Position numbers and translations under genes: made by a program. DNA of 64,000 nt from Felis catus (lineage: Eukaryota), in the NCBI RefSeq assembly GCF_018350175.1, contig NC_058368.1, positions 162,876,001-162,940,000 of the forward strand, read 5' to 3'. Under the pieces are notes generated by a model, which was given only the letters and a program-made list of their open reading frames with translations, was not told where the DNA came from and did no database searches. This document shows, piece after piece, positions 1-12,331 of the stretch. Numbering within the stretch: the first letter of the stretch is position 1; each line of letters opens with the position of its first letter.

Positions 1-1
1 A

Positions 2-226
2 GGGGCCCCTGGGTGGCTCAGTCGGTTAAGCGGCCAACTTCGGCTCAGGTCATGATCTCGCAGTCCGTGAGTTCAAGCCCCGCATCGGGCTCTGTGCTGA
101 AAGCTCAGAGCCTGGAGCCTGTTTCAGATTCTGTGTCTCCCTCTCTCTGACCCTCCCCCGTTCATGCTCTGTCTCTCTCTGTCTCAAAAATAAATAAACG
201 TTAAAAAAAATTTAAAAAATAAAATA
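2..226 (+). mobile_element. CanSINE (feline SINEC_Fc-like)
   Basis: GGGGCCCCTGGGTGGCTCAGTCGGTTAAG tRNA-like head, CT-rich region, AATAAA and A-tail. Confidence 0.95.
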
Positions 227-841
227 AGTGCATAAAACCACATATCAGTTTGGAGACTCAATTGAAAACACAATAAAAAATAATAAACCATTGAACATTT
301 TAGGAAGTAAAAAAATAAAAACTACATTTTATTAAAAAAAAAACTCTTTGCTTACCATTTTTTTCCTTGTTCTAGGACTTGCACAATGAACTAATATGAC
401 CAATGTTTTCATCCAAACAACTCAATATACTAAAATGTAGCATTCATACAATATTTTGTGACTATCTCACAAAAAGTAATATAATTCCACCCATATCAAC
501 CTGGTAGAAATATTCTTTCCTCAAATGTTTACTACTAGGAAAATGAAAACAAATTAACCAATCCTCAAAAGATAATGGTATTTTTAAATAAAAAAATAAT
601 TTATACTTCCATAGTAAGCAGATTCTTAAGGGAGGAAAAAGAAAGTGTCACATTTTAGAACTACACTTTAGGATAGGTCTTGGTATAAAGTGGAGATATT
701 AATAATATCCCTAACTATAATTGAGTGTTCTGCTTCATTTAGCACATGTAGTTTTCTTACATGGATTATCATTGCTTTCCGAAGCATATATAGAACTGAC
801 CATGATTCATAAGTAGCATTATTAAGAAGCATTTATGTATT

Positions 842-962
842 GGGAGCACCTCGGTAGCTCATTCGGTTGAGCTTCCGACTCGATTTCAGTTCAGGTCATG
901 ATTTCGCAATCATGAGATCAAGCCCCATGTCAGCTCTGCACTGAGCATGGAGCCTGCTTGGG

Positions 963-1015
<53 letters not shown>

Positions 1016-1071
1016 TTCTCTTTCTCTCTCTCTCTCTTTCAAAATAATTAAATAAATAAACTTTTAAAAAA
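842..1071 (+). mobile_element. Older CanSINE with expanded (CT)n
   Basis: GGGAGCACCTCGGTAGCTCATTCGG head, GGAGCCTGCTTGGGATTCTCTC, long CT run, A-rich tail. Confidence 0.9.
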
Positions 1072-1329
1072 GAAGGATTTTTGTATCTTCACTTCTGATA
1101 TACAAGATAAAAAGATTAATGGTTCCCAAGATTTTCCATCAGTTAAATGAATAACACAAAATAAATAATAGCTTTGTATTAAAAATATTTAATGGAAAAT
1201 GAATGAAGCGAATGGTTTTTTGTATATTGTCTAATAAGTAAGGCTATAATAGGGTGTTTAAGAATATCATGGAATAAACAAAAATTTGTTAGTACTCTTC
1301 CAAAACGTAAAAAGGCAGCTTCCACTATC

Positions 1330-2180
1330 TCTCATGACTTCTAAACTTCTATTTCCACTCCACAGCATTCTTATAAGACATCAGCTCTAGATTTAAATTC
1401 CTGTTTCGCACAAAAGCTGCTCCTTCCCCAGTGCTCCCCCATCACAAGTGGAGCTGTCATCCACCATCATGCGGTGTTCAAGTCCAAAATGTGAAAAGAG
1501 GCACCTGTGATCCCATCCTTTTCCTCATGGACCAGAGCCAATAACCAAATACTGTGATTTTTAAAAATACATTTTTTGGTTCTTTCTCTGATTTAAAAAA
1601 ATATATATTTAATCTCTAATTCCACCAGCCTATTCCAAGTCTATATCTTTCTCCTGAAAACAAACCAAAAAAAAAAAAAAAAAAAAAATGAAATGACTTC
1701 CTAATTTATCTCCCAACAGCCATCCTTATACTTTCAGCCCACTCTCCACCTAAGAGCCAAAGTGATTTTTCTGTACTGTGAAACTCTGATTACTTCACTG
1801 TCTCCCGTAGGATCCTTTAACAGCTTCCCCTTGTTCTTATGATAAAACCTAGAATTGCAAAAAAAACATTTACAAGAGTCAGCCTTATCACATCAGTCTT
1901 ACTGGATGCCACTTCACACCTCACTTTTGCCTTCATTACCCTCCTTGTTCACGACATTCTATAACACAACAATCTTACAAAGCTACTTCTCCCACTCAGA
2001 ATCTTCACATTTGTCCTTCCCACTGTGTGAATACTCATCCCCTATCCCTCAGGGCTCAGCTTAAATATCAGTTCTTCGGGAACACCCTCTCTGGATCCTC
2101 ACGCAGAGTTAGACCGTCCTATAATTTTCTCATCGAATTTTTCTCACTGCATTTTCTTTGGAGTGTGTTTTAAAATTATA
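1330..2180 (+). mobile_element. Ancient L2 3' fragment
   Basis: Degenerate L2-like motifs (AAACTCTGATTACTTCACT, GGGCTCAGCTTAAATATCAGTTCTTC). Confidence 0.6.
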
Positions 2181-2217
2181 ATTGAATACTTATTAGTCAA
2201 GACACATTTTTTTGGTG

Positions 2218-2311
2218 GAGGGCACCTGGGTGGCTCAGTCAGTTAAGCCGCCAACTTCGGCTCAGGTCATGATCTTGCGGTTTGTGGGTTCAAGCCCCAA
2301 GTCGGGCTCTG
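2218..2311 (+). mobile_element. CanSINE 5' half only (3'-truncated)
   Basis: Intact head through GTCGGGCTCTG, then abrupt loss of homology; no CT tract or tail. Confidence 0.9.
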
Positions 2312-3260
2312 TTGGAAAGGAAAGAATTGAAGAACTAGTTTTTCTTAATGAGCCCCTGATAGAGAGATACAGACAAGTTAGGATACTTTTCTGTTTAGAC
2401 TTTACTTCCCACAGCGTCAGATTGCAACAAATTTCTCCAGAGGAAAAACAATTTTGTCATTCTTAGTCCCATGTAATCACCAGTAACTCTGCCAGTTTGC
2501 TTGCCCCAGGGGTGACCCTCTACCTGGACCTAGTCCAGACTGTCAGGATCTAGCCTTCATCAAGAATTGGCCAAGAATCTCAGGGACAGCTTTAGATCTC
2601 CAATTCACCTCTAAAAACTTCTGCTCTCTCTGGAATTTTAATCCCTCTAGCCCTCTGCCTTTAAATATATTATTTTTATCATGTAACCCATCTTTTCTTG
2701 TTGCCCTCTGTAGGACCATTGCCTTACTACGAACTCCATCCTACCCCTCTTCCTTGACTCTAATTATCACTCATTTGACAATGATTTCACAATTTATGTC
2801 TTTGACTTTGAATCTTATTGTATTTTTAAAATTAAACTTTATTTGTTGAATTTGTAGTATAATTACATGCTTTGGAAAGCAAAACAATATAAAGAGAATA
2901 TGCTGAAGAAACCTGCTTGCTTCCACCCTTGCTGTCATCTACCTCTATTTCTGCCCCCTCCTTGTGGTTACCTTTAGGTTACCATTTTAATTACATTCTT
3001 TTTTATACCTAGTGTTCTTTTATGCAAATACAAATAACTGTAAATGCATATCTCTATATTTATTTCTTTCTTCACAGGAAGTAGCATACTATATTCACTG
3101 TTCTTTTTTCGTGTAACAATATATTAAGATCCTTTCCTACATGAATATAGAGCTCCACCCTATTAATTTTTTAGTTGCATTACATTTCATGTGCAAAAAT
3201 GCAATCATTTATTCAACCAGTCTGTTGCTCCTTCACACTTAGATTTTTCCCACTGTTTTG

Positions 3261-3263
<3 letters not shown>

Positions 3264-3304
<41 letters not shown>

Positions 3305-3400
3305 GCATACACACACATACACATACACCCATGTATATTATATATCATATCATATATATATGAAATAGAAACATATACATATATGATATAGATAAACTTA
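3264..3400. repeat. (TA)n/(CA)n microsatellite and TA-rich low-complexity tract
   Basis: Directly visible. Confidence 0.95.
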
Positions 3401-3925
3401 CAGATGTAAATGTATCTCTTACAGGATGTCCACAATAAGGATTTCAAGAAGTATAAGTGCTGGCATAAAGGATAAGCACATCTGCAAATTTTTTAGGTAT
3501 TAAAGATCCCCTTTCACAGGAGATGTACTATGTTGTGCTCTTTCAAGCACTATTATGAAGGTACTTGTTTCCACATGGCCACATAAACAGATTCTATAAT
3601 CAAAGTTTTATTCCTGTCACCTAGATAAGAAATACTATCACATTAAAATTTTAATTTCTATGTCACTTATTATGGGTATGGCTGAACATTCCTTCACATT
3701 TGCATTTTTGCTTTCTCTTTAATGCTTTTCCACTTCTCTACAGAGTTGTTAATCATAAGAGAGCTTTACTTATTAGAGGGATTAATCTTTTTATATGATA
3801 AGAGTTGCTTATACTTATTGTTGCTTGATTTTTGACTTTGGTTATTATTTTTAATTTTATGGAGTACCTTTTTTCAGTCTTCCCCATTTTTACATTTTGA
3901 GTCATAGTTGGAAATACCTTGCTCG

Positions 3926-4155
3926 TTTCTTTTCTTTTCTTTTCTTTTTTAACATTTATTTATTACTGAGAGACAGAGAGACACAGAGCGTGAGCAGGGG
4001 AGGAGTAGAGAGAGGCGGAGACATAGAATCCGAAGTAGGCTCCAGGCTCTGAGCTGTCAGCACAGAGCCCGACGCGGGGCTCGAACTCACAAACTGCAAG
4101 ATCATGACCTGAGCAGAAGTCGGTCACTTAACCAACTGAGCCACCCAGGCACCCC
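3926..4155 (-). mobile_element. CanSINE
   Basis: Reverse head ending GAGCCACCCAGGCACCCC; TSD AATACCTTGC at 3913 and 4156. Confidence 0.95.
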
Positions 4156-4230
4156 AATACCTTGCGCTTTTAAAGATAATAGTGAAATAAGTACATTTTT
4201 TTCTTTTTTTTAAAAAAGAGATAAGCTCTA

Positions 4231-4440
4231 TTTTTTTTTTTATGTTTATTCATTTTTGAAAGACAGAGACAGAGCACAAGCAGGGGTGAGGCAGAAAGAG
4301 AGGGGGACACAGAATCTGAAGTAGGCTCCAGGCTCTGAGCTGTCAGTGCACAGCCCAACGTGGGGCTTGAACTCACAAACCTTGAGATCATGACCTGAGC
4401 TGAAGTCAGACGCTCAACCAAATGAGCCACCCAGGCACCC
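4231..4440 (-). mobile_element. CanSINE
   Basis: Poly-T, GA tract and reverse tRNA head. Confidence 0.93.
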
Positions 4441-4588
4441 AGAGTCAATTTTTTTTTTTCTAGCACTTGTATTGCTTAACACTTTTTTTTTTTTTAATCT
4501 TTGTTCCATTTTAGTTTTCTCTGGTGTGTTTATACTCTGGATATTTTTTTACTCCTGAAGACAATCTCATTACACTCAAACAATCTCT

Positions 4589-5088
4589 TTTTCTTTCCCC
4601 CTTGTTTCTTTTTTATTTTCTTTCTTTCTCTTTCTTTCTTTTCTTTTTTTTTATTATTTTTTTTAATGCTTATTTATTTATGAGAGAGAGAGACACAGAG
4701 TGCGAGCAGGAGAGGGGCAAAGAGTGAAACACAGAATCCAAACCAGGCTCCAGGCTCTGAGCTGTCAGCACAGAGCCCGATGCGGGGCTCGAACCCACCA
4801 ACTGTGAGATCATGACCTGAGCTGAAGTCGGACACTTAACTGACTGAGCCACCCAGGCGCCCCTCTTTCTTTTTCTTTTTTTTTTTTTTACAAGAAAGAG
4901 AAAGAGAGAGAGAGCATAAGCTGGGAGTTGGGGGAGACACAAAGAGAGAGAGAGAATCTTAAGCCCGTTCCACCCCCGGCACAGAGCCCAACATGGGCAT
5001 GTGGGGCTCAGTACCATGACCCTGGGACCATGATGTGAGCCAAACTCAAGAGTCAGATGCTAAACCAACTAAGCCACCCAGGTGCCCC
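4589..5088 (-). mobile_element. Older CanSINE (body 4864-5088; tail interrupted by the younger SINE)
   Basis: Reverse head AAGCCACCCAGGTGCCCC; degenerate TSD ACTCAAAC(A/C)A at about 4574 and 5089. Confidence 0.8.
4650..4863 (-). mobile_element. CanSINE nested in the tail of an older SINE
   Basis: Full reverse SINE flanked by TCTTTCTTTT(T)CTTTTTT on both sides. Confidence 0.93.
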
Positions 5089-5780
5089 ACTCAAACCACT
5101 TTCTAAAAGATGAATCTTTGATTCATTTCTTTAAGATCTCACTTTCATTTTACATTAAATCCCCATATAATTTGAGAACTATTTCTAGACTTACTGTCAT
5201 TCTATTCATAAATCAATACTATATTGTTTTAATAATTAAAATTTTATGGTACATTTTAGCTTATGAGACTAAAGCTCCATTATTGTGTTCCTTTGTTTAA
5301 GATTCCCAAGCTATTCTTGCTTGTTATTTTTCCCTAAGAGATCTAAAATCAGATTTTAAAGTCCAATAATTCTATTCTATTAATTATTACATTAAAATTA
5401 TCAATTAACTCAAAAAGAACTAATATATTGGTGATGTTAGGTCTTCTATCCGTATATTGAGTACATCTTCCCCAACTGTTAAGTCAGTCTATTTTTGTAA
5501 TATTCATATGTGTGTGTATGTACATGTGTGTGTTTCATTTTTTTTTTTACTTTTTATTTTGAAATTATTTATTTCTGAAGCTGACAGGTAGTTATAAAAG
5601 TAGTACAAAGTACCATGTGTTCCTTTACCCAGCATCCCCCAGTGATGAAAGCTTATGTAACTATTACATAATATTAAAACCAGGAAAACGACATGCACTT
5701 ATTTATGTTAATCAGACTACAGACCTTAGTCTGTTTTCATTTTCCAGTTAATGTAGGTTAAAAAATTAATTTTAACTGAA

Positions 5781-5783
<3 letters not shown>

Positions 5784-5826
<43 letters not shown>
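5784..5826. repeat. (TG)n microsatellite
   Basis: Directly visible. Confidence 0.97.
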
Positions 5827-5829
<3 letters not shown>

Positions 5830-5928
5830 ATGAGTGCATGTAGCTCTAAGTGTGTGTTATTTTTTTATATACTGGAGCTTACTGAATTTTTATCTAAATA
5901 TATTGGCTATTATTTCTAATACAATATA

Positions 5929-6152
5929 GGGGGCGTCTGGGTGGCGCAGTCGGTTAAGCGTCCGACTTCAGCCAGGTCACGATCTCGCGGTCTGTGAGTT
6001 CGAGCCCCGTGTTAGGCTCTGGGCTGATGGCTCAGAGCCTGGAGCCTGGTTCCGATTCTGTGTCTCCCTCTCTCTCTGCCCCTCCCCCGTTCATGCTCTG
6101 TCTCTCTCTGTCCCAAAAATAAATAAACGTTGAAAAAAAATTAAAAAAAAAA
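5929..6152 (+). mobile_element. Young feline CanSINE
   Basis: GGGTGGCGCAGTCGGTTAAGCGTCCGACTTCAGCCAGGTCACGATC variant, CpG-rich, with A-tail. Confidence 0.96.
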
Positions 6153-7022
6153 GAACTGGTAATATTGTTTTTGGAAGTTTTATTGTAACTGGAAGACAAA
6201 CACTAGCATTCAACTCTCACCAAGAATGAAGGATCCTATGTTTAACATACGTTTCTTTCACTCAGGATTTCTTAATAGACTATACCCTAGGATAAAAGCA
6301 ATCTGGATATTGATAAGGACTTTTAGAGACTTAAACCCAACCTCAAACCAACTAAATTCCTGTTTGGATTACAGGGAACTGTTCCAATTCTGTGTGTTTA
6401 AATAAAGATATTGTAAAAAAAAATGGAGTTATTAATGTCTCTAGCCTCTATTGTTCTTAGCACACAAAATTCCATATATTATTAAAAATAATTACAGAAT
6501 TATAAAAGACAGGGCCAAGAGAAAAAAATACAACATAATAGTTTTACAGAATATTCAGATACTAGATACCTAACAGAGATTTTAAATTTGGGGAATTAAT
6601 ATACCCAAGAAAATAAATGATAAGACAGAAAATTTTTTCAGAGAATTAGAATCTTGAAAGGAAATGAAATTCTATAACTGAAAAATACACTAATTAGAAT
6701 TAAGAATTCAATAGGTGACTTTCATAGCTCGTTAAACACAGATGAAAATATAATTAGTAAACTAGAGTGTAGGTAACTGGAAAAGCAGGTAGAGATAGGA
6801 TTAATACATCGAAAATTAGAAAAGTGAAAAAACTTAGTCTGAAGCACAAAACATAAAAACAAATAAAAATAGAATGCAAAAGATAGTAAAAGACACATGG
6901 ACACAGTAAAAGGTTTATGATATGTATAATTAATATTCCAAAGGTGAATAGAGAAAGAATGGAGCAAAAGGAATATTTGAAGAAACAATATGTAAGAATT
7001 CTCCTAAATCAATGAAAGTGGG

Positions 7023-8006
7023 TGTGGTAGATAATCACCCAAAATGGTGGTCATCAATTCCTTTTTTTTGGTTGTTGTTTTTTCTGTATACATGCTAGTT
7101 GTACGTGACATCAAAAAGCGGAACCTAATGATCTTCTTCCTGAAACATAATGATTTTGTTAGCAAAAAGAATGCATAAAAGTAACATTCTTGGACTTCTA
7201 GCCTAGGTCAAATAAAGCCTTGTTGCTTATGCCTTACAGCTTATGCTTGGGTCCCTTAGAACACTAAAGCTGGGGACACCCCCTTTTGGAACTACAATAC
7301 TTTGTTAGCAGAAGTACAAGTCACATAAGGAAGCTACTTGTGGTCAATCAGCCCCAGTTAAGCTCCCACCAAAAGTTAGCCTGAATTGTCAGCTGTCTTG
7401 GAAATCCAGTCCAGTCATGCTATCAGATGAGTAAGTGTCATGTGGCATCTGACCACAAGCTCATGAGAAACCCCAATCAAGAACTACCTTATTGAGTCCA
7501 GTCAACTCACAGAGTCATGAAGATAATGTGGTGCTGGTAAGTGATAAATTGGGGATGGTTTCTTGCTGCTATGGGTTGAATTGTGTCCCTCCAAAATTTA
7601 TATGCTGAAATCCTAACCTCAAGTACCTCAGAATGCCATCATATTGGAGACGGGGTCGTAGAGAGGTAATCAAACTAAAATGAGATCAGTTGGGTGGGCC
7701 TAATCCCATATGAGAGTGTCTTTATTAGAAGAGAAAATATGGACACTGACATGTACACCAACATGAAATATGGACTGTAACATGTAAAGACTGGACTAAA
7801 AATGGCCATCTACAAGCCAAGGAGATCTGGAACAGATCCTTCTCTCACAGCCCTCAGGAGAGCTGCCCACACATTGATTGCAGATTTCTAGCCTCCAGAG
7901 CTGTGAGAAAATAAACAGCTGCTGTTTAAGTCACCCATTCTGTGATACCTTTCTATGGCCGCCTAGCAAATAAATACACTTACCATCATAATAGGTAAGT
8001 GGAAAA
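7023..8006 (+). mobile_element. MaLR solo LTR (MLT1H-like), interrupted by a second LTR
   Basis: TGTGGTAG start; GACTTCTAGCCTAGGTCA, CAGCCCCAGTTAAGCTCCCA and GAGTCCAGTCAACTCACAGAGTCATGA motifs. Confidence 0.7.
7567..7978 (+). mobile_element. MaLR solo LTR (MLT1A/B-like)
   Basis: TGCTATGGGTTGAATTGTGTCCCTCCAAAATT ... CTAGCAAATAAATACA; TG..CA ends; 5-bp TSD CTTGC/CTTAC. Confidence 0.88.
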
Positions 8007-8316
8007 GACAACAAGCCTGTCTTTCAAAGCCGTAAGAAAATTTTAAATCTCCATGCAGCATAAACATAAACAAAATCATACTAAGGAATATCATATTAAA
8101 ATTGCTGACAACCAAGGACAAGGAAAAAATGTTAAGAGCATCTAGAGAAAAGGCATATTACATTCAAAGGAATAGTAATAAAATGTTCTCATAGAAGTCA
8201 GAAAGAAAGTTAAATATTTCTCTTTAAAGTACTAAAATTACCACCAACTTGAAATTCCATAAACAATCAAAAATATAATTTTACAATAAAGGTGATTTAA
8301 AGACTTTCTAAAGAAG

Positions 8317-8521
8317 TTTATTTATTTTGAGACAGAGAGAGAGAAAGCATGCATGTGAGTGGAGGAGGGGCAGAAACAGAGGGAGAGAGAGAATCCCAAG
8401 CAGGCTCTGCGCTGTCAGCACACAGCCAGAACTGAGGCTCGATCTTACAAACCCCGAGATCATGACCTGAGTGGAAATGAAGAGTCTGATGCTTAACTGA
8501 CTGAGTCAGCCAGGAACCCTG
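8317..8521 (-). mobile_element. CanSINE (older)
   Basis: GAGAGAATCCCAAGCAGGCTC and reverse head. Confidence 0.9.
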
Positions 8522-9551
8522 AGACATTTTTAAACAAATAAAAAAATGAACAAAATGCATTTCCACCAGACCCACAGTAAAAGAATTTTTTCTGGAAGAA
8601 ATAAATGATCTCTGAAGAAAGCACAAAAATGTAGGAAAAAATAAAGATTCTGATTCTGTTAATATGATATTAAACATACATACAGTTTCACTCTTAGGTT
8701 ATAAAATTTATGTAGCATCAAAATACATGACAACAATAATAAAAGGTTGGAAGAAAGTGAATGGAGTTAAAATATTCTTAGATCCTTGAATTATCCAGGA
8801 AGTGGCAAAAGCACTAATTTGACTCTAATGAACTATATATACTTTAATAATGTCTTGACTACCACAAGAATAAAATAATGCAAAATTAGCAAAATAATAA
8901 AGGGAAAACAATGAAAACTAAAATAACTTAATTCAAAAGAAGTAAAAGAATGAGTAGAAAATATTTTGAAACATACACTAAAATGAGAGAAAAATCCAAA
9001 TGTACCAGCAGTTATTTTTAATTTAATACTCTATATACTCTAGTTTGAAAACTAAGTGGTTAGACTGGATTTTTTTTAAGTCAACTGTATACTACTTACT
9101 AGATATATCTTAAATATATATGGTCAGAGAAAGATCAAAAGTAATAGAATGGAACAGTGTATATTATGCTAATAAGAATATAGTTGATAAAGCAATATTA
9201 ATGTCATAAAAAGTAATTTTAAGACAAAAAGTTATTAGAGATAAAAAGGAATATTTCAAGGGATAGAGTGGTCAATAAAGCAAGAAGTTGTAGCAATTCT
9301 AAGTTGTTTTCAACTAATAAAAGCCTCAAAATGTATATAGCAAAAATGACAGAAATAATGGACAAATGCACCATAATAGTAAGTCCAAAGAAATTTCAAG
9401 GAAAAAAACATAAAAATATGTTCTCTGAACACAGTGGATTCAAACTAAAAATAAATAGAATATTAATTATATTTATGTCTATGTAAATATATGTAACAAA
9501 ATATAACAAGAAAATTTCCAAATATTTAGAAATTAAACTATACACTTCTAA

Positions 9552-9750
9552 TTTTTATTTATTTTTGAGAGAGAGACAGAGCATGATTGGGGGAAGGGTA
9601 GAGACAGAGAGGGAGACACAGAATCTGAAATAGGCTCCAGGCTCTGAGCTGTCAGCACAGAGCCTGACGCAGGGCTCGAACTCATGGGCTGTGACATCAT
9701 GACCTGAGGTGAAGTCAGATGCTTAACCAACTGGGCCACCCAGGTGCCCC
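9552..9750 (-). mobile_element. CanSINE
   Basis: TSD TAAACTATACAC(T/C)TCTAA at 9534 and 9751. Confidence 0.95.
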
Positions 9751-9803
9751 TAAACTATACACCTCTAAATAACATGTGGTAAAAATTGTAAAAAATACAT
9801 TGA

Positions 9804-10017
9804 GGGGCGCCTGGGTGGCGCAGTCGGTTAAGCGTCCGACCTCAGCCAGGTCACGATCTCGCGGTCCGTGAGTTCGAGCCCCGCGTCAGGCTCTGGGCTG
9901 ATGGCTCAGAGCCTGGAGCCTGTTTCCGATTCTGTGTCTTCCTCTCCCTCTGCCCCTCCCCCATTCATGCTCTGTCTCTCTCTGTCCCAAAAATAAATAA
10001 ACGTTGAAAAAAAAATT
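9804..10017 (+). mobile_element. Young feline CanSINE
   Basis: Perfect TSD AAAAATACATTGA at 9791 and 10018; CpGs retained. Confidence 0.97.
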
Positions 10018-10220
10018 AAAAATACATTGAAAGGCATATTTGAATTGAAAGGATGAGAAAAATACATGTTAAGACTTTTGGAATGCAGCTATATTCATAT
10101 TTGGATAGAAAAGGAACATATACAAATATACAGAAGATATATGTGAATATAATAAAAACATAATAAACATAAAAGTAAAATGATAGGAATTATAAAGACA
10201 AACGCAAAAAGGTTAGTTTC

Positions 10221-10228
10221 TTTCTCCC

Positions 10229-10259
<31 letters not shown>

Positions 10260-10452
10260 CACAAACACACACACACACACATACACACACACACACACAC
10301 ACAAGCATTCCATTTAAAACCTCATGAAGAAATTCCCATCCCCAGTGACAACACAAGTGATTTCTTCCAAATATTTAATTAAATATATATATTATTCATT
10401 AAATATATAAATGTATGTATATATATATATACATATATATACATATATATAT
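10221..10452. repeat. (CT)n(CA)n compound microsatellite and a nearby (TA)n tract
   Basis: Directly visible. Confidence 0.93.
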
Positions 10453-10638
10453 CTACACCCTCATAAAATAGTCCAGATACAAGGAAAAAAGGAAATATCT
10501 CCCAACTCATTTCATGAGACCAGAACATTAAGGCCAAAACCTAACGAGCACATTAATAAAAAGGGAAAAATTATAAGGCAACCTTAGTCATGAATACAGA
10601 TGCAAAAACACTAAACAAAATATTAGCAAATTTAATAC

Positions 10639-10868
10639 TGGGGACGTCTGGGTGGCTGGGTTGGTTAAGTGACTGACTCTTGATTTCGGCTCAGGTCATA
10701 ATCTCAGGTTTGGTGAAATTGAATGCTGACAGCACTGGGCCTGCTTGGGATTCTCTCTCTCCCTCTCTCTGCCCCTCCCCCATGAGTGCACACTCTCTCT
10801 CTCTCTCAAATAAATGAATACATGAATAAATGAATGAATGCATGCATGAATGAATGAATGAATGAATA
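10639..10868 (+). mobile_element. Older CanSINE with (TGAA)n tail
   Basis: GGGGACGTCTGGGTGGCT head, CCTGCTTGGGATTCTCTC. Confidence 0.88.
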
Positions 10869-10981
10869 AGTGTAATAGTGGTATAAGGATACGTAAATAA
10901 ACCAGTGGAACAGAACAGAGTACAGAAATAGATCCACATATATAGTCTGTTGGTACACTGCTGCAGGGAAAAGATAGCCTT

Positions 10982-11142
10982 TAAAAAAAAATGTTTATTT
11001 TTGAGAGAGAGCGGGAGAGCACGAGTGGGAGAGAGGCAGAGCAAGAAGGGGACAGAGGATCTGAAACCTGTGACGACAGCAGAGAGCCTGATGCAGGGCT
11101 TGAATGAACCATGAGATCATGACTGAGCCACCCAGGTGCCCC
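10982..11142 (-). mobile_element. CanSINE with internal deletion
   Basis: Short head (ATCATGACTGAGCCACCCAGG); TSD-like GGAAA(A/G)GA(T/C)AGCCTTT. Confidence 0.85.
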
Positions 11143-11284
11143 AGGAAAGGACAGCCTTTAAGTAAAAAATTATTTCCAGCTGAATTACTGATTTTATAAT
11201 TTTTATTAAAATAACATAGGAAATGTCTTCATAATTTGGTTAGGGAAATATTTCCTAAACAGGACATTAAAATCAAAAATTTGT

Positions 11285-11505
11285 GGGGCGCCTGGATGAC
11301 TCTGTTGGTTAAGCATGGATGTTGGCTCAGGTCGTGATATTATGGTTCATAGGTTCAAGCCCCATATCAGGCTCTGCGCTGACAGTGTGGACTGACAGTG
11401 CCTGCCTGGGATTCTCTCTCTTCTCTTCTCTGCCCCTGTCCCCCTCTTTCTCAAAATAAATAATAAATAAACTTTTAAAAAATAAAAATAAATAAATTAA
11501 ATAAA
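11285..11505 (+). mobile_element. Older CanSINE
   Basis: GGGGCGCCTGGATGACTC head and A-rich tail. Confidence 0.88.
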
Positions 11506-12005
11506 AAAATTTTTCACTCAAAAGATGACACCATTGTTGAGAAGGCAAGGCACTGAGTTGGAAAAGATATTTGTTATGAATATATATGACAAGCGACCCC
11601 CAACTGGGGGTATAGATACTGTATAGGAAGAAACCCCGTAAATCAGTAATGAACAGACAACTCAATTTAAAAATAGACAAAAAAATCAAACTGACATTTA
11701 ACAAAATTACATATTCATATGGCTAATAAGTAAAGAAAAATATATTCAATAATATCAGTCCTCTGAATAAGGAAATTAAAATCACAATATTAACACACAC
11801 ACCCATCAAAATTGCTCAACTTGAAAACAATCATAGACTGCTAGAAGAATGGATTTGTGCAAATACTTTTAAAATTTGTTAAAAAGCCCAATATATGTAA
11901 ACACTATGACTTAGCATTTCTATTGTTTATATATGAACTCAATAGAAATCTGTTCATGTTTCCCAAAAGACAAATAGAAAAATGGTCATAGAAACAGCAA
12001 TCATA

Positions 12006-12237
12006 GGGGTGCCTAGGTGGCTCAGTTGGTTAGGCGACCAACTTCCGCTCAGGTCATGATCTAACAGTTTACGAGTTCGAGCCCCGTGTCGGGCTCTGAG
12101 TCTGTGCTGACAGCTCAGAGCCTGGAGGCTACTTCGGATTGTGTGTCTCCCCTCTCTCTACCCCTCCCTGCTCACGCTCTGTGTCTCTCTGTCTCGCAAT
12201 AATCAATAAATGTTAAAAAAGAAAAAAGAAAAAGAAA
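12006..12237 (+). mobile_element. CanSINE
   Basis: TSD AGAAA(C/T)AGCAATCATA at 11990 and 12238. Confidence 0.95.
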
Positions 12238-12331
12238 AGAAATAGCAATCATAACAGCCCTGAACTGGAAACATTAACTAAAGAACAAATGGACAAATTT
12301 TAGTATATTCATACAATGGACTATTATAAAA

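Larger units (their letters stand above)
2830..5925 (-). mobile_element. Fragments of old L1 elements (L1M-type 3' region/ORF2) interrupted by SINEs and microsatellites
   Basis: T-rich antisense L1-like motifs (TCATTTATTCAACCAGTC; TTTATTTTGAAATTATT...CCTTTACCCAGCATCCCC). Confidence 0.55.

Noticed and set aside
2..90. tRNA genes at SINE heads
   Set aside because: A/B boxes are present but are followed by SINE body and tail; these are tRNA-derived SINEs.
356..429. Minus-strand AG...GTAAG-bounded 74-bp segment as the next SLCO6A1 exon
   Set aside because: In the required phase it reads ILSCLDENIGHISSLCKS then a stop, with no OATP similarity.
3175..3447. ORFs with YIYIYI, CVCVCV, HTHTHT or ERERER runs (also near 10095, 19162, 49344, 58288)
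   Set aside because: Dinucleotide microsatellite artefacts.
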